Origin: an uncultured Nitrospiraceae bacterium
GTDB taxonomy: Bacteria > Nitrospirota > Thermodesulfovibrionia > Thermodesulfovibrionales > Dissulfurispiraceae
Length of the DNA: 64,000 bases
Direction of reading: 5' to 3'
Assembly (NCBI GenBank): GCA_963727805.1
Contig: CAVSHF010000003.1
Location: forward strand, 1,920,001 to 1,984,000
The notes under the pieces are model-generated. The model was not told the DNA's origin. It was given only the letters and a program-made list of their open reading frames with translations, and did no database searches. Numbering within the stretch: position 1 is the stretch's first letter; every line of letters starts with the position of its first letter. This document shows, in pieces, positions 50,703 through 60,479 of the stretch. Both the position numbers and the translations under genes were made by a program.

Positions 50703-51806
50703 ATGAATCATCGTTTGCTGTCGCTTGATGCTTTTCGTGGCGTCATAATCATCTGTATGGTGTTGGTCAATTGTCCGGGTGACGAATGGTTAAGATATTC
50801 GATACTGACCCATGCCGTTTGGGACGGCTGGACTATCTCTGATTTGGTTGCCCCTGGCTTTCTCTGGCTTATGGGAGTATCCCTGCCTTTTGCATTGCAC
50901 CGAAGGATGGCGCTTCCCGGAAAGAGCCAGGATATTTTCATTTATATCTTACGCCGGTCCCTCATTATTTTTCTGGTTGGGATGGCATTGAATTTTTTAT
51001 TAATTTATGACTCTCCTAATAAATGGTCAATCATCGCGTTTACGGGTATTCTTCAGCGGATTGGGATTTCCTATTTGATTGCAGCAATGCTATTTGTTAC
51101 CACAGGTATACGGGGACACATGATCTGGATTATTGCTGGGCCTCTGCTTTACTGGGTGTTAGCAATCTCCATATCGGTACCGGGGTTTGGGACAGGCAGA
51201 TTCGATCCTGAAGGTAATGTTGCTTCCTATATTGATTTTCTGCTTCTCGGTCTCCATGGGGACAACTATCATTCCATTCTGAGTCTTCTTACAACAACTG
51301 CAACGGTTTCTTTGGGAGTTCTCACAGGCTCTCTGCTTAAATTGGAATTATCATCTCAAAAAAAATTACTATGGTTGGTTCTATTCGCTATTGTATTATC
51401 CCTGCTGGGAATTCTCGCAGAAAGGTGGGTTCCTATTAACCGTCGACTCTGGACACCGAGCTTTGTTCTGCTGACAGCAGGAATATTAGATATAACTTTC
51501 TGCGTTTTTTATGTGTTTATCGATATGTTAGACTACAAAAAGTGGGCGATTCCCCTTGTTGTATTCGGCTTGAATCCACTATTCATTTTCTCTTTTTCAG
51601 AAATAGGTAGAATACTGGCTAATAAGAAAGGCTTTTTGCTGAGTGGCGGACACTGGATATCGCTCTGGGATTACGCTTATACAATGTTTTTTCTGAGGAT
51701 AGCTAATCCGCTTAATGCATCATTGTTGTTCTCTGTCACTTATGTCTGTATTTTTTTAATGATTGGGTATGTTATGTATTTTAAGCACTGGATTGTGAAA
51801 ATCTAG
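50703..51806 (+). CDS. HGSNAT/NagX-like membrane acyltransferase
   Basis: RLLSLDAFRG..MVLVN, HA.WDG.T..DLV.PGFL, GILQRI, DPEG, PINRRLWTPSF. Confidence 0.88.
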   Translation: MNHRLLSLDAFRGVIIICMVLVNCPGDEWLRYSILTHAVWDGWTISDLVAPGFLWLMGVSLPFALHRRMALPGKSQDIFIYILRRSLIIFLVGMALNFLLIYDSPNKWSIIAFTGILQRIGISYLIAAMLFVTTGIRGHMIWIIAGPLLYWVLAISISVPGFGTGRFDPEGNVASYIDFLLLGLHGDNYHSILSLLTTTATVSLGVLTGSLLKLELSSQKKLLWLVLFAIVLSLLGILAERWVPINRRLWTPSFVLLTAGILDITFCVFYVFIDMLDYKKWAIPLVVFGLNPLFIFSFSEIGRILANKKGFLLSGGHWISLWDYAYTMFFLRIANPLNASLLFSVTYVCIFLMIGYVMYFKHWIVKI

Positions 51807-51982
51807 TATTTTGAAACTGAGGAAGTTGCCAAGAAACCATATTTATAAGGCGTACTATCCACGCATATCAATTTAGGAATAAACTCTCCGTCATTGGCCT
51901 AATAAAATCTCTTGCTTTGTCGGCGGACAATAACTCACATGACCTTTAATCTCTATTCACACTTCCATAGCCATGCCAAAGG

Positions 51983-52972
51983 ATGCCTATGTCTAAAAAA
52001 GTAACAATTGTCATGTATCATTTTATACGGAACCTGAAAAAATCACGCTATCCAGATATCAAGGGTCTGGATCTGTATGAGTTTATTGAGCAGATAAAGT
52101 ACATTCAATCCTTTTATACTGTCATATCCATGGAAGAGCTTATAGCCGCCTCAAGCCCTGATGGAGATCCTTTGCCACCCAACGCGCTTTTGCTAACCTT
52201 TGATGATGGATATATAGATCATTTTATCAATGTATTTCCGTTGCTTGAGAAATATGGCATCCAAGGCTCATTTTTCCCTTCTGCAAAGACTATTACGGAA
52301 TGTCGCGTCCTCGACGTAAACAAGATCCATTTCATTCTCGCAACCGTGGAGGATAAGACACAAATTATCCGAACAATTTTCACCGATATCAAAGAGAACC
52401 AATCCGAGTACGCTCTTGAACAACCCGAATCCTACTATAAGAGACTGGCGCTTCCAGGCCGGTACGATACAGCGGAAGTCGTGTTTATCAAGAGAATACT
52501 TCAGAAAGGCCTCCCGGAAGAGCTCAGGGCAAGAATAGTGAACAAGCTGTTTGCGAAGTTCGTTACCCGTGACGAGGCGGCCTTTGCCACGGAATTGTAT
52601 ATGAGCGTGGAGCAGCTAGAGTGCATGCTGATAAACGGCATGTTCATCGGAAGCCACGGCTTCGGCCACTACTGGCTAGACACCCTCCCGAAGGAGACGC
52701 AGGAAAGGGAGATCGATCTTTCGCTGGAATTCCTAGACAGAATAGGATGTAACCTCGAAAATTGGGTCATGTGCTACCCATATGGTGGGTACAATGACTC
52801 TCTTCTGTCACTTCTGCAAATAAAAGGATGCAGGATCGGTTTGTCAGTAAATGTCGGGATCGCCGATCTGACGGTCGAAAACCCCTTGACTTTATCGCGA
52901 CTCGACACAAACGACCTGCCGAAGTGGGGGGAAGCTGAACCCAACGAATGGACCAGAAAGGTTATAGTCTGA
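51983..52972 (+). CDS. Polysaccharide deacetylase family protein (CE4)
   Basis: VMYH, LTFDDGY.DH, IGSHG..HYWL, CYPYG, RLDTND. Confidence 0.88.
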   Translation: MPMSKKVTIVMYHFIRNLKKSRYPDIKGLDLYEFIEQIKYIQSFYTVISMEELIAASSPDGDPLPPNALLLTFDDGYIDHFINVFPLLEKYGIQGSFFPSAKTITECRVLDVNKIHFILATVEDKTQIIRTIFTDIKENQSEYALEQPESYYKRLALPGRYDTAEVVFIKRILQKGLPEELRARIVNKLFAKFVTRDEAAFATELYMSVEQLECMLINGMFIGSHGFGHYWLDTLPKETQEREIDLSLEFLDRIGCNLENWVMCYPYGGYNDSLLSLLQIKGCRIGLSVNVGIADLTVENPLTLSRLDTNDLPKWGEAEPNEWTRKVIV

Positions 52973-53018
52973 CAGAAATGACGCCGGCATTATCAGATTC
53001 AACGAAGGAACTGAAAAC

Positions 53019-54305
53019 GTGAACTTAATGATGAAGATGCTGGAGGATCTGACGCCGCTCAACAGAGTGATCTGCTCTAGCGACTATGACAAAACCATCG
53101 ACTACCTGCAGGGTATACTCCCCTTCAAGGTCATCGAATACTCGTCGCGTTCCGAACACAACGGCTGGGTGATACCGCCGAAGTGGGAAGTGAAGGAGGC
53201 GAAATTAATCAAGGATGGCAAAACCATCTATGACGGCCGGTGGCACCCGCTTGCTGTAATCGCCCTGTCCGCGAGTTTTTGCGGCAAGGTCGGCCTCGAT
53301 GAATTGAAGCGGCACCTCTATTATGACCACCGCTATGAAGACTCACTGACGTTCCATTTCCGGCAGCAGTTCAGAAGTTGGAATCGCGACTGGGGTTTCT
53401 GTGTACCCAAGACCTTCTATGACAGCCTAACGGAGGGCGAATACGAAGTCATTATCGAATCCGTCGAAAGTGAAGGTGTTTTGAAGATGCTCGAATACAC
53501 CCACCGGGGGACGCTAAATGAGTGTATCGCCATCTGCGCCAACCTTGATCACCCCGGCGTCGCTAACGACGGTCTATCGGGCGTCGTCGTCGGCATCGAG
53601 TTGATGAGGAGGCTCTCCGGAAAGACAACCAAATACACGTATAAACTTGTTCTCGCACAAGGGATCATCGGCTCGGAGTACTATCTCGGCAAAGGGAATA
53701 TCGAGGAGCGGGACAAAATCCTCGAATGCATTTGCCTCTGGATGCTCGGCTCACGCACAGGGCTCGCGCTACAAGAATCGCGTGGCGCGTGCTCCAACAT
53801 CGAGCACGCAATTGCCCGGACCATGGATGATCGGGGGATATCGTTCCGGCGCGGCGAGTTCCAGAGCATTATTATTAATGATGAGTATATCTGGGAGGCC
53901 TATGGTATCCCGACCTGCTCTTTGTCGCGCGTTCCATACCCGGAGTATCACTCTTCAAAGGATAACATTTCGATAATAAGCGATGAATGCCTTGAGGAAG
54001 CGGTGAGTGTGCTCGAAGGTGCAGTGGAACTACTTGAGTTAACTGCACTTGTTTATAAGAAATTCGAAGGGAACATCTGCCTGTCCAATCCCCGCTACGA
54101 TCTTTACATAGACCCAGGGCAGGTGTCGTTTGGAGATCACCCGAGCGATCAGAGAAAAAAATTGAGACTACTCATGGACCTTATTCCAACCCTGCTACGG
54201 CCGGTGAGCACTAGTAGATTGGCGGATATTGTAGGATTGGATCAACAAGTGGTTTCAGAGTATTTGAATAAATGGGCCGAAAAAGGCCTCCTGGAAATAC
54301 GATGA
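53019..54305 (+). CDS. DUF4910/DUF2172 aminopeptidase-like protein with C-terminal winged helix
   Basis: W.IPPKWEV, RDWGFC, DHPG.ANDGLSG, YPEYHSSKD. Confidence 0.8.
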   Translation: MNLMMKMLEDLTPLNRVICSSDYDKTIDYLQGILPFKVIEYSSRSEHNGWVIPPKWEVKEAKLIKDGKTIYDGRWHPLAVIALSASFCGKVGLDELKRHLYYDHRYEDSLTFHFRQQFRSWNRDWGFCVPKTFYDSLTEGEYEVIIESVESEGVLKMLEYTHRGTLNECIAICANLDHPGVANDGLSGVVVGIELMRRLSGKTTKYTYKLVLAQGIIGSEYYLGKGNIEERDKILECICLWMLGSRTGLALQESRGACSNIEHAIARTMDDRGISFRRGEFQSIIINDEYIWEAYGIPTCSLSRVPYPEYHSSKDNISIISDECLEEAVSVLEGAVELLELTALVYKKFEGNICLSNPRYDLYIDPGQVSFGDHPSDQRKKLRLLMDLIPTLLRPVSTSRLADIVGLDQQVVSEYLNKWAEKGLLEIR

Positions 54306-55399
54306 ACAGTGTAATAATAGTGGAGACCCCCCTTCAGCTGCTTAATGCCATAGAGGCGAGCTTCTCACTCAATCTGAGCAATATAACCCTGGTGATAGTT
54401 ACTTCCCCGCCATTTCCCAAGGAAGTCTTCAGTCCTATCTTAGCTTTTGCGAAATGGAAGCAGATTGAATTCCTCTATGTAGTTCATAACTATTCCCCTT
54501 TGAAGCTGAGTTTCCTGGGGAGGGCTGTTTCTGAGCAGTTGAATGAATATGTAAAGGAATGCAGACAGGCTGCAAAAAGGCGAAGGTTCGACCGCCTGGC
54601 AAAAAGACTTGTCAATGTGGACACCCTGGTGCTTGGCAGTTATCTTTCAGGATATATGCGCCACCTTGCCAATAAGTTGCGTCCGCGCAAACTTTATCTA
54701 GTTGACGACGGGACAGATACCCTGAGGGTCAGCAACCTGCGGAGAGAACAAGCCGTTCCTGAAGGAATTCAGCAGTTACCCTATTGGAGAAAATTAAAAA
54801 ACCTCATCCGCACTTCATTTGTTGATTGGGATACGCGGCAGGCGGATTCTGCAACCTTCTTCACTTCTTACAAGTTAACACTAATTCCGGAAGATACGCT
54901 TATAAGGAATGATCACTCCTTTTTGAAGAGCATGCTGAACCATTCAGGTGTCCTAAGCGAGGTTTATTTCCTTGGCCAGCCTCTAGTTGAAGATGGTTAC
55001 CTGCAGAGGGAAGATTATCTCGCCTATATTTCGAGGATAAGCCAGTACTACCGAAGTCGCACGCTAATCTATGTAACCCACAAGAGGGAGAGCCAACAAA
55101 TGATCGACGCAGTTAGAAACATGGGGTTGCAAGTAAGGACGTTCAACCTCCCCATTGAACTGCAGATATTGCAGGGAGGCATTCCTTCGGAGTTGGCGTC
55201 ATTCTTTTGCAGTGCCCTCGACAACTGTTTTTTAATTTTTGGCGACAACCTCAGCATCAAGGCATTTAGAATCCAGCCAAAGCATTTGAATCCGGGGTGT
55301 GAGTTTGTTCAAGATATTTATGATCATTTCAGCAGAAACGTAGGACCAAACTTTAATATCGTCCCTTTGCAAGGAAATACGGCGGGGCCATGGGACTAA
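54302..55399 (+). CDS. Putative nonulosonic acid (sialyl-type) transferase
   Basis: TPLQLLNAIE, VDDGT (D/E-D/E-G), FLGQP, HKRE (HP-motif position), FFCSAL; adjacent to the NulO pathway. Confidence 0.65.
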   Translation: MNSVIIVETPLQLLNAIEASFSLNLSNITLVIVTSPPFPKEVFSPILAFAKWKQIEFLYVVHNYSPLKLSFLGRAVSEQLNEYVKECRQAAKRRRFDRLAKRLVNVDTLVLGSYLSGYMRHLANKLRPRKLYLVDDGTDTLRVSNLRREQAVPEGIQQLPYWRKLKNLIRTSFVDWDTRQADSATFFTSYKLTLIPEDTLIRNDHSFLKSMLNHSGVLSEVYFLGQPLVEDGYLQREDYLAYISRISQYYRSRTLIYVTHKRESQQMIDAVRNMGLQVRTFNLPIELQILQGGIPSELASFFCSALDNCFLIFGDNLSIKAFRIQPKHLNPGCEFVQDIYDHFSRNVGPNFNIVPLQGNTAGPWD

Positions 55400-56961
55400 A
55401 CAGGGAAATATTTAAACATACCAGCATTTATAGCTTTGCCACTATTTTAGGGCGGCTCATTAGCTTTATCATGCTTCCGTTCTATGCCCATATCTTCCAG
55501 ACTGAAGGGTATGGGGTAATCGGCATGATCGATGCCAGTCTGGGGATTTTGGGGGTTTTATTTGCCAGCGGGTTCCATGTTGCCATCCTGAAAATCTTCC
55601 ATGAAGAAGACGAACAAAACAAAAAGCTAGTAATCAGCACTGCAATCCGCCTCATATGGGGTCTCAGTCTAGCCGCCGTCGTAGTCCCAATGATTTTTAG
55701 TACCCAATTGAGTAGAATCTTTCTTGGGAGCGAAAAATACAGCCTGTTGCTGCTGCTTTCCCTTATTACGTTCGTGATTGATGTAAGTGGACAAAGCGCA
55801 AGTACTTTTTTGATCATCAAGCAGAAGTCGATCTTTTATACCGTTGTGGGTCTGATCCGGCTCTTAATCGGTATCGCAATGAATATCTGGCTCGTGCTGA
55901 TATTGAACGTTGGTCTCATCGGAGTATTCATTACATCCCTGCTAATGGCTGTCGTTGCTTCGTCGCTATTCCACTATGCAGCGTTCAGGGAACACGGATT
56001 TACTTACGACAAAGCCATTGCCAAAAAACTTTTGCAATTCCAATTGCCTCTTATGCCCGGTGAGATCGTTTCCTTTGCTTCTCGACAGACCGAACGTTTT
56101 ATCGTCAGATTTATTGTTGGCATCAGTGGTGTAGGTATTTTGGAGATGGCCTACAAATTCCCTCCCCTGATTATACTGTTCATTACTGCCCCATTCATGC
56201 GTGCGTGGCGTACGAAGTCCATGGAAATTGCGGAACAGGAAGATGCTCCGTTAGTCATTGGGAAGATGTTCACGAAATATTTCTTCGTAATTGTCCTCGT
56301 AGGGCTTCTCCTTGCACTCACAATTCAGGATATTTTGAAAATAATGACTCCTCCTCAGTTCTGGGAAGCCGTAGGGATAGCACACGTCGAAATCATTACT
56401 ACCATAATTTTTGCTGCAAATGCTTTTCTGATCTTTGGTCTTTATTACAAGAAAAAAACAACCTATATTTCCACAATAAAGACAACAGTCATGCTTGTTA
56501 AGATACTTATTTCGGTAATACTAATACACTTTTTTAGGCTGAAAGGTGCTGCATACTCGGCGCTTATGGCAGAAACGGTGATGTTACTGTTTATTACTTT
56601 CAAATCACAGCAATGCTATCCCATAAAGATGGAAATACTTAAGTTATCGTTAATAACAGGCTACGGGATAAGCATATACTGTTTGGTTCATTATATTAAC
56701 CAAACTGATTATTATGCAGCTCTGACATCAAGCAATAACTTTCACGATTTGATAAGAGTACTTTTAGACTGGCCACTGTTTCAGCGGCCCGTACTTCTGA
56801 AGCTTGAAGGTATACTGACAAGCAAGATTGGAAATATCATATCCCTGCTGTTCAACTTCCTGTCTGGCTTGGCGTTTCTGTTATTAATGCTCTATTTTCG
56901 TTTCACCAAAAATACCGACGGTTTGCAAAATACCAAGTTGGTCAACAATGAGGTTTCATGA
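55390..56961 (+). CDS. wzx: Wzx oligosaccharide flippase
   Basis: IFKHTSIYS..LGRLISFIMLPFY, many TM helices, GAAYSAL. Confidence 0.85.
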   Translation: MGLNREIFKHTSIYSFATILGRLISFIMLPFYAHIFQTEGYGVIGMIDASLGILGVLFASGFHVAILKIFHEEDEQNKKLVISTAIRLIWGLSLAAVVVPMIFSTQLSRIFLGSEKYSLLLLLSLITFVIDVSGQSASTFLIIKQKSIFYTVVGLIRLLIGIAMNIWLVLILNVGLIGVFITSLLMAVVASSLFHYAAFREHGFTYDKAIAKKLLQFQLPLMPGEIVSFASRQTERFIVRFIVGISGVGILEMAYKFPPLIILFITAPFMRAWRTKSMEIAEQEDAPLVIGKMFTKYFFVIVLVGLLLALTIQDILKIMTPPQFWEAVGIAHVEIITTIIFAANAFLIFGLYYKKKTTYISTIKTTVMLVKILISVILIHFFRLKGAAYSALMAETVMLLFITFKSQQCYPIKMEILKLSLITGYGISIYCLVHYINQTDYYAALTSSNNFHDLIRVLLDWPLFQRPVLLKLEGILTSKIGNIISLLFNFLSGLAFLLLMLYFRFTKNTDGLQNTKLVNNEVS

Positions 56962-57054
56962 TCCCGCGAGCCTATAAAAAGATGGGGTGGTGATGTCTTG
57001 AAAAAAATCAAGGAGAAACCTACAGTTCACCATGAACTGTTCTAGGGCAACTAC

Positions 57055-58914
57055 ATGTGCGGTTTAATAGGCCTTTTTTTCAAAAAACAGTTATCGACCC
57101 AAGAATCTGATAGAGTCAGAAGATCATGTGGAGAGATGCTTGATACTCTGGCATTCAGAGGTCCTGACGAAAAGAGTCTCGTGCAGATGGGATCCGTTTT
57201 CCTGGGACATACACGTCTCAGTATCATTGACCTGGTTTCGGGTAGCCAGCCGATATTTAACGAAGATAAGTCGGTAGCTGTGGTTTTGAATGGCGAGATA
57301 TACAATTTCAGGACCCTTCGCGATGATTTGATAAAAAAAGGGCATCAATTTTCAAGCAAGAGTGATACGGAAGTTATAGTTCATTTGTACGAGGACGAGG
57401 GTGAGAACGTCTTTGCCCGATTGACCGGAATGTTTTCTATTGTCATTTATGATCATGCGAGAAAATTGCTGCTGGCGGCACGGGACAGGATAGGCGAAAA
57501 GCCTTTGATCTATCAGGACGACGGTGATAAATTCCTTGCAGCATCAGAGCTTAAAGCCCTTCTGAAGTTTTCCGGAGGCCGGAATGAACTTGATTCCGAT
57601 GCATTGTCTCTCTACTTAAACTGTATGTACGTCCCGGCGCCATTGACAATATTCAGGAATTTCAAAAAACTGCTGCCAGGACACTACATAAAGGTGACCG
57701 GCGATACAACTGAAATAAGAAAATACTGGTCGCCGGAACTGGAGGTAAGACGGGACTGGAAGGAAAGTGAAATCATTGATGGATTCAGGACAATATTCTC
57801 AAAGGCTGTTGAAGACCGAATTGTATCGGATGTGCCGATTGGCGTGTTCCTTTCTGGGGGGATGGATTCAAGCGCTGTAACCGCTGTTATGGCCCAATGC
57901 TGCCCAGGCAGAATAAAAACATTTTCGCTTGGCTTTGCCGAGGAAATTGATGAAAGACCGTATGCAAAATTAGTGGCGGACCGCTACCGGACAGACCATA
58001 CGGAAATACTTATCGAGGACAAGGTTGAAGACGTTTTCGCAGAGATAATCGGCTATTTTGATGAGCCGTTTGGTGATTCCTCTGCTATCCCAACATATCT
58101 TGTCTCCCGTGAAGCAAGAAAACATGTCAAAGTCATCCTGACAGGCGACGGTGGAGATGAACTGTTCGCCGGATATGATTCTTATAACGATCAAAAGTAT
58201 CAACTAAGTGGAAGAATCAGTACAAGATTGCTGAGAGAAGTAAGCAACCTGTTCAATCTTAATAACAACGGCATATTTGATATGTTGTATCCTCGGTTAA
58301 GGAGTAATAGTGCTCGCGAGCACTGGCTAGGCGTTCGCAGCGTTTTTAGTGACAGGGAAATTGCTGGACTTTTCAATAATCACCCAGTTCGAACATCAGG
58401 ATATTTTGAGAAGAACCAATGGCTGAATGTCAAAAATTCTGACGCATTATCGATTGCGTTTGCCCATGATCTGAACTTTTACTTGCCAGACGATCTCTTA
58501 AAAAAGGTCGACATGGCCTCAATGCGTGCAAGTCTCGAATGTCGGGCACCATTTCTGGATCATGCTTTAATAGAATTTTGCATGAAGATCCCCCCTCAGA
58601 TGAAGCTTAAAAATAACAACATGAAGTATTTGTTGAAAAATGCCTTCAAGAATGACCTTCCCGAGGAGATATTAAATAGACCCAAGCACGGGTTCGGTGC
58701 TCCAGTGGAAAACTGGCTAAAAAAACCCCTTCGGCAGATGACATTTGATTATCTTGCTCCTGGGTGTAAAATTGAATCCTTAATCAACAGGATTGCGATT
58801 GATTCTATAATTGAATCGGTATATAAATTGAAAAAATGTGAAGATTACAGAGTGCCGTTTAAACTTTGGTTAATTCTGATTTTGGAAGCATGGATGCGGA
58901 ATTATTGCTATTAG
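57055..58914 (+). CDS. asnB: Asparagine synthase (glutamine-hydrolysing) family amidotransferase
   Basis: MCG start, RGPD, RLSIID, NGEIYN, LSGGMDSS, GDGGDELFAGY, KVD.ASM..SLE.RAPFLD. Confidence 0.93.
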   Translation: MCGLIGLFFKKQLSTQESDRVRRSCGEMLDTLAFRGPDEKSLVQMGSVFLGHTRLSIIDLVSGSQPIFNEDKSVAVVLNGEIYNFRTLRDDLIKKGHQFSSKSDTEVIVHLYEDEGENVFARLTGMFSIVIYDHARKLLLAARDRIGEKPLIYQDDGDKFLAASELKALLKFSGGRNELDSDALSLYLNCMYVPAPLTIFRNFKKLLPGHYIKVTGDTTEIRKYWSPELEVRRDWKESEIIDGFRTIFSKAVEDRIVSDVPIGVFLSGGMDSSAVTAVMAQCCPGRIKTFSLGFAEEIDERPYAKLVADRYRTDHTEILIEDKVEDVFAEIIGYFDEPFGDSSAIPTYLVSREARKHVKVILTGDGGDELFAGYDSYNDQKYQLSGRISTRLLREVSNLFNLNNNGIFDMLYPRLRSNSAREHWLGVRSVFSDREIAGLFNNHPVRTSGYFEKNQWLNVKNSDALSIAFAHDLNFYLPDDLLKKVDMASMRASLECRAPFLDHALIEFCMKIPPQMKLKNNNMKYLLKNAFKNDLPEEILNRPKHGFGAPVENWLKKPLRQMTFDYLAPGCKIESLINRIAIDSIIESVYKLKKCEDYRVPFKLWLILILEAWMRNYCY

Positions 58915-58930
58915 GAATATTGATGAGTTT

Positions 58931-59833
58931 ATGAGTGATCAAGCCAAAAAAGTAAGTGTAGTTATTACATGTTATAACTATGGGAAATACTTGGAGCACT
59001 GTTTAAATAGCGTATTGGCTCAAACATATTTAAATCATGAAATTATAGTGGTCGATGATGGTTCCACTGACAATACACCCGAAGTGATGGAATCGTTCAA
59101 ACACTTACCAAACCTAATATACTTGCGACAAAGAAATTCAGGACAAGCTAATGCAAAAAATGTGGGTATAATTAATTCTTCTGGTGAATTTGTGGCTTTT
59201 TTGGATGCCGATGATATGTGGTGTGCAGACAAACTGGATAAACAGATGCAATGCTTCGAAAATACGGACGTAGGAGTTGTCTATTGCCGGGCAAAATATC
59301 TGGACGAAGACAACAATGTCTTTTCATATGATATGACGAGCCCTTATCTTCAGCCGCAGCGAGGCATTGTTACTGAATGGTTATTTTTCGATAATTTTGT
59401 CCAGTTTTCTTCAACTGTTGTTCGAAGGGAATGTTTTGAAAGATTTGGGCTGTTTGATGAGAGTCTGAAAATGGGCATTGACTGGGATTTGTGGTTGAGG
59501 ATTTCAACTTCCTACAAGTTTGATTATGTAGATGATCGGCTTTTTTATTACCGGATGGGTCATTCAGGGCAGATGTCAAGAAATGTTGAGGAAAGGCAGC
59601 GCTGTTCTGACCGTATCATGGAGAATTTCATTGACAAGTACCCAGGAGTTCTTTCACCCTCTACTATAAAGAAGGCGTATGCAATTACGTATTACTCTCG
59701 CGGAGAGTATTATCGCAACATCGACCTGCACAAATCTTATAAATATTTTGTTGATGCCATTAAGAGAAATCCAGTTGAAATTGGTGCCTACAAAGGGCTT
59801 ATAAAAAACATATTGCATCGCCTAATAAAGTAG
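58931..59833 (+). CDS. Glycosyltransferase family 2
   Basis: VSVVITCYN, VVDDGSTD, FLDADD, DWDLWLR. Confidence 0.92.
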   Translation: MSDQAKKVSVVITCYNYGKYLEHCLNSVLAQTYLNHEIIVVDDGSTDNTPEVMESFKHLPNLIYLRQRNSGQANAKNVGIINSSGEFVAFLDADDMWCADKLDKQMQCFENTDVGVVYCRAKYLDEDNNVFSYDMTSPYLQPQRGIVTEWLFFDNFVQFSSTVVRRECFERFGLFDESLKMGIDWDLWLRISTSYKFDYVDDRLFYYRMGHSGQMSRNVEERQRCSDRIMENFIDKYPGVLSPSTIKKAYAITYYSRGEYYRNIDLHKSYKYFVDAIKRNPVEIGAYKGLIKNILHRLIK

Positions 59834-59860
59834 CCATTAAATGGCTAGTATTTGTACCTT

Positions 59861-60436
59861 ATGGAATGGAACGATTACATATTCTATGTAAAATCTGATC
59901 TTTTCAGATACTGCGGCAAGAGAGATTTTACATCATTCATTAAGTCGTATTTTTTCATTCCAGGATTCAAGTATTCATTTTTCATGCGAAGTGCTAAATA
60001 CCTTAAAACACGGGGCTTATTGTTTTTCCCAGTTTATATTTTGACTCGACTTATTCTGAATCATTACCAGTTCAAATACGGGATAAGCATTCCATACAAT
60101 ACCGAAATAGGGCCGGGTCTTTACATAGGGCATTTTGGTGGAATTATCGTGAATTCAGAAGTAATAATCGGTCAAAACTGTAACATCAATCAAGAAGTAA
60201 CCATTGGGGCTACTTATGGCGGAAAGTACCCAGGAACGGCGATAATCATGAACAACGTATATTTCGGACCGGGCTGCAAGATCATAGGTGGGATCACGAT
60301 AGGAAACCATACCGCTGTCGGAGCCAACTGTGTTGTTACCAAGCCGATTCCCGATTATAGCGTCGTCGTTGGAATCCCCGGCGAAGTAGTATCAAGCAAT
60401 GGTTCCGGCGAATATGTTGTTAACACTGTGAATTGA
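59861..60436 (+). CDS. Serine O-acetyltransferase-like hexapeptide acetyltransferase
   Basis: IGPGLYIGHFGGI, GANCVVTK, VVGIPG. Confidence 0.85.
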   Translation: MEWNDYIFYVKSDLFRYCGKRDFTSFIKSYFFIPGFKYSFFMRSAKYLKTRGLLFFPVYILTRLILNHYQFKYGISIPYNTEIGPGLYIGHFGGIIVNSEVIIGQNCNINQEVTIGATYGGKYPGTAIIMNNVYFGPGCKIIGGITIGNHTAVGANCVVTKPIPDYSVVVGIPGEVVSSNGSGEYVVNTVN

Positions 60437-60479
60437 ACAGAGATATGATAATTACCCTCATTCATTGATTCGAGTATTT

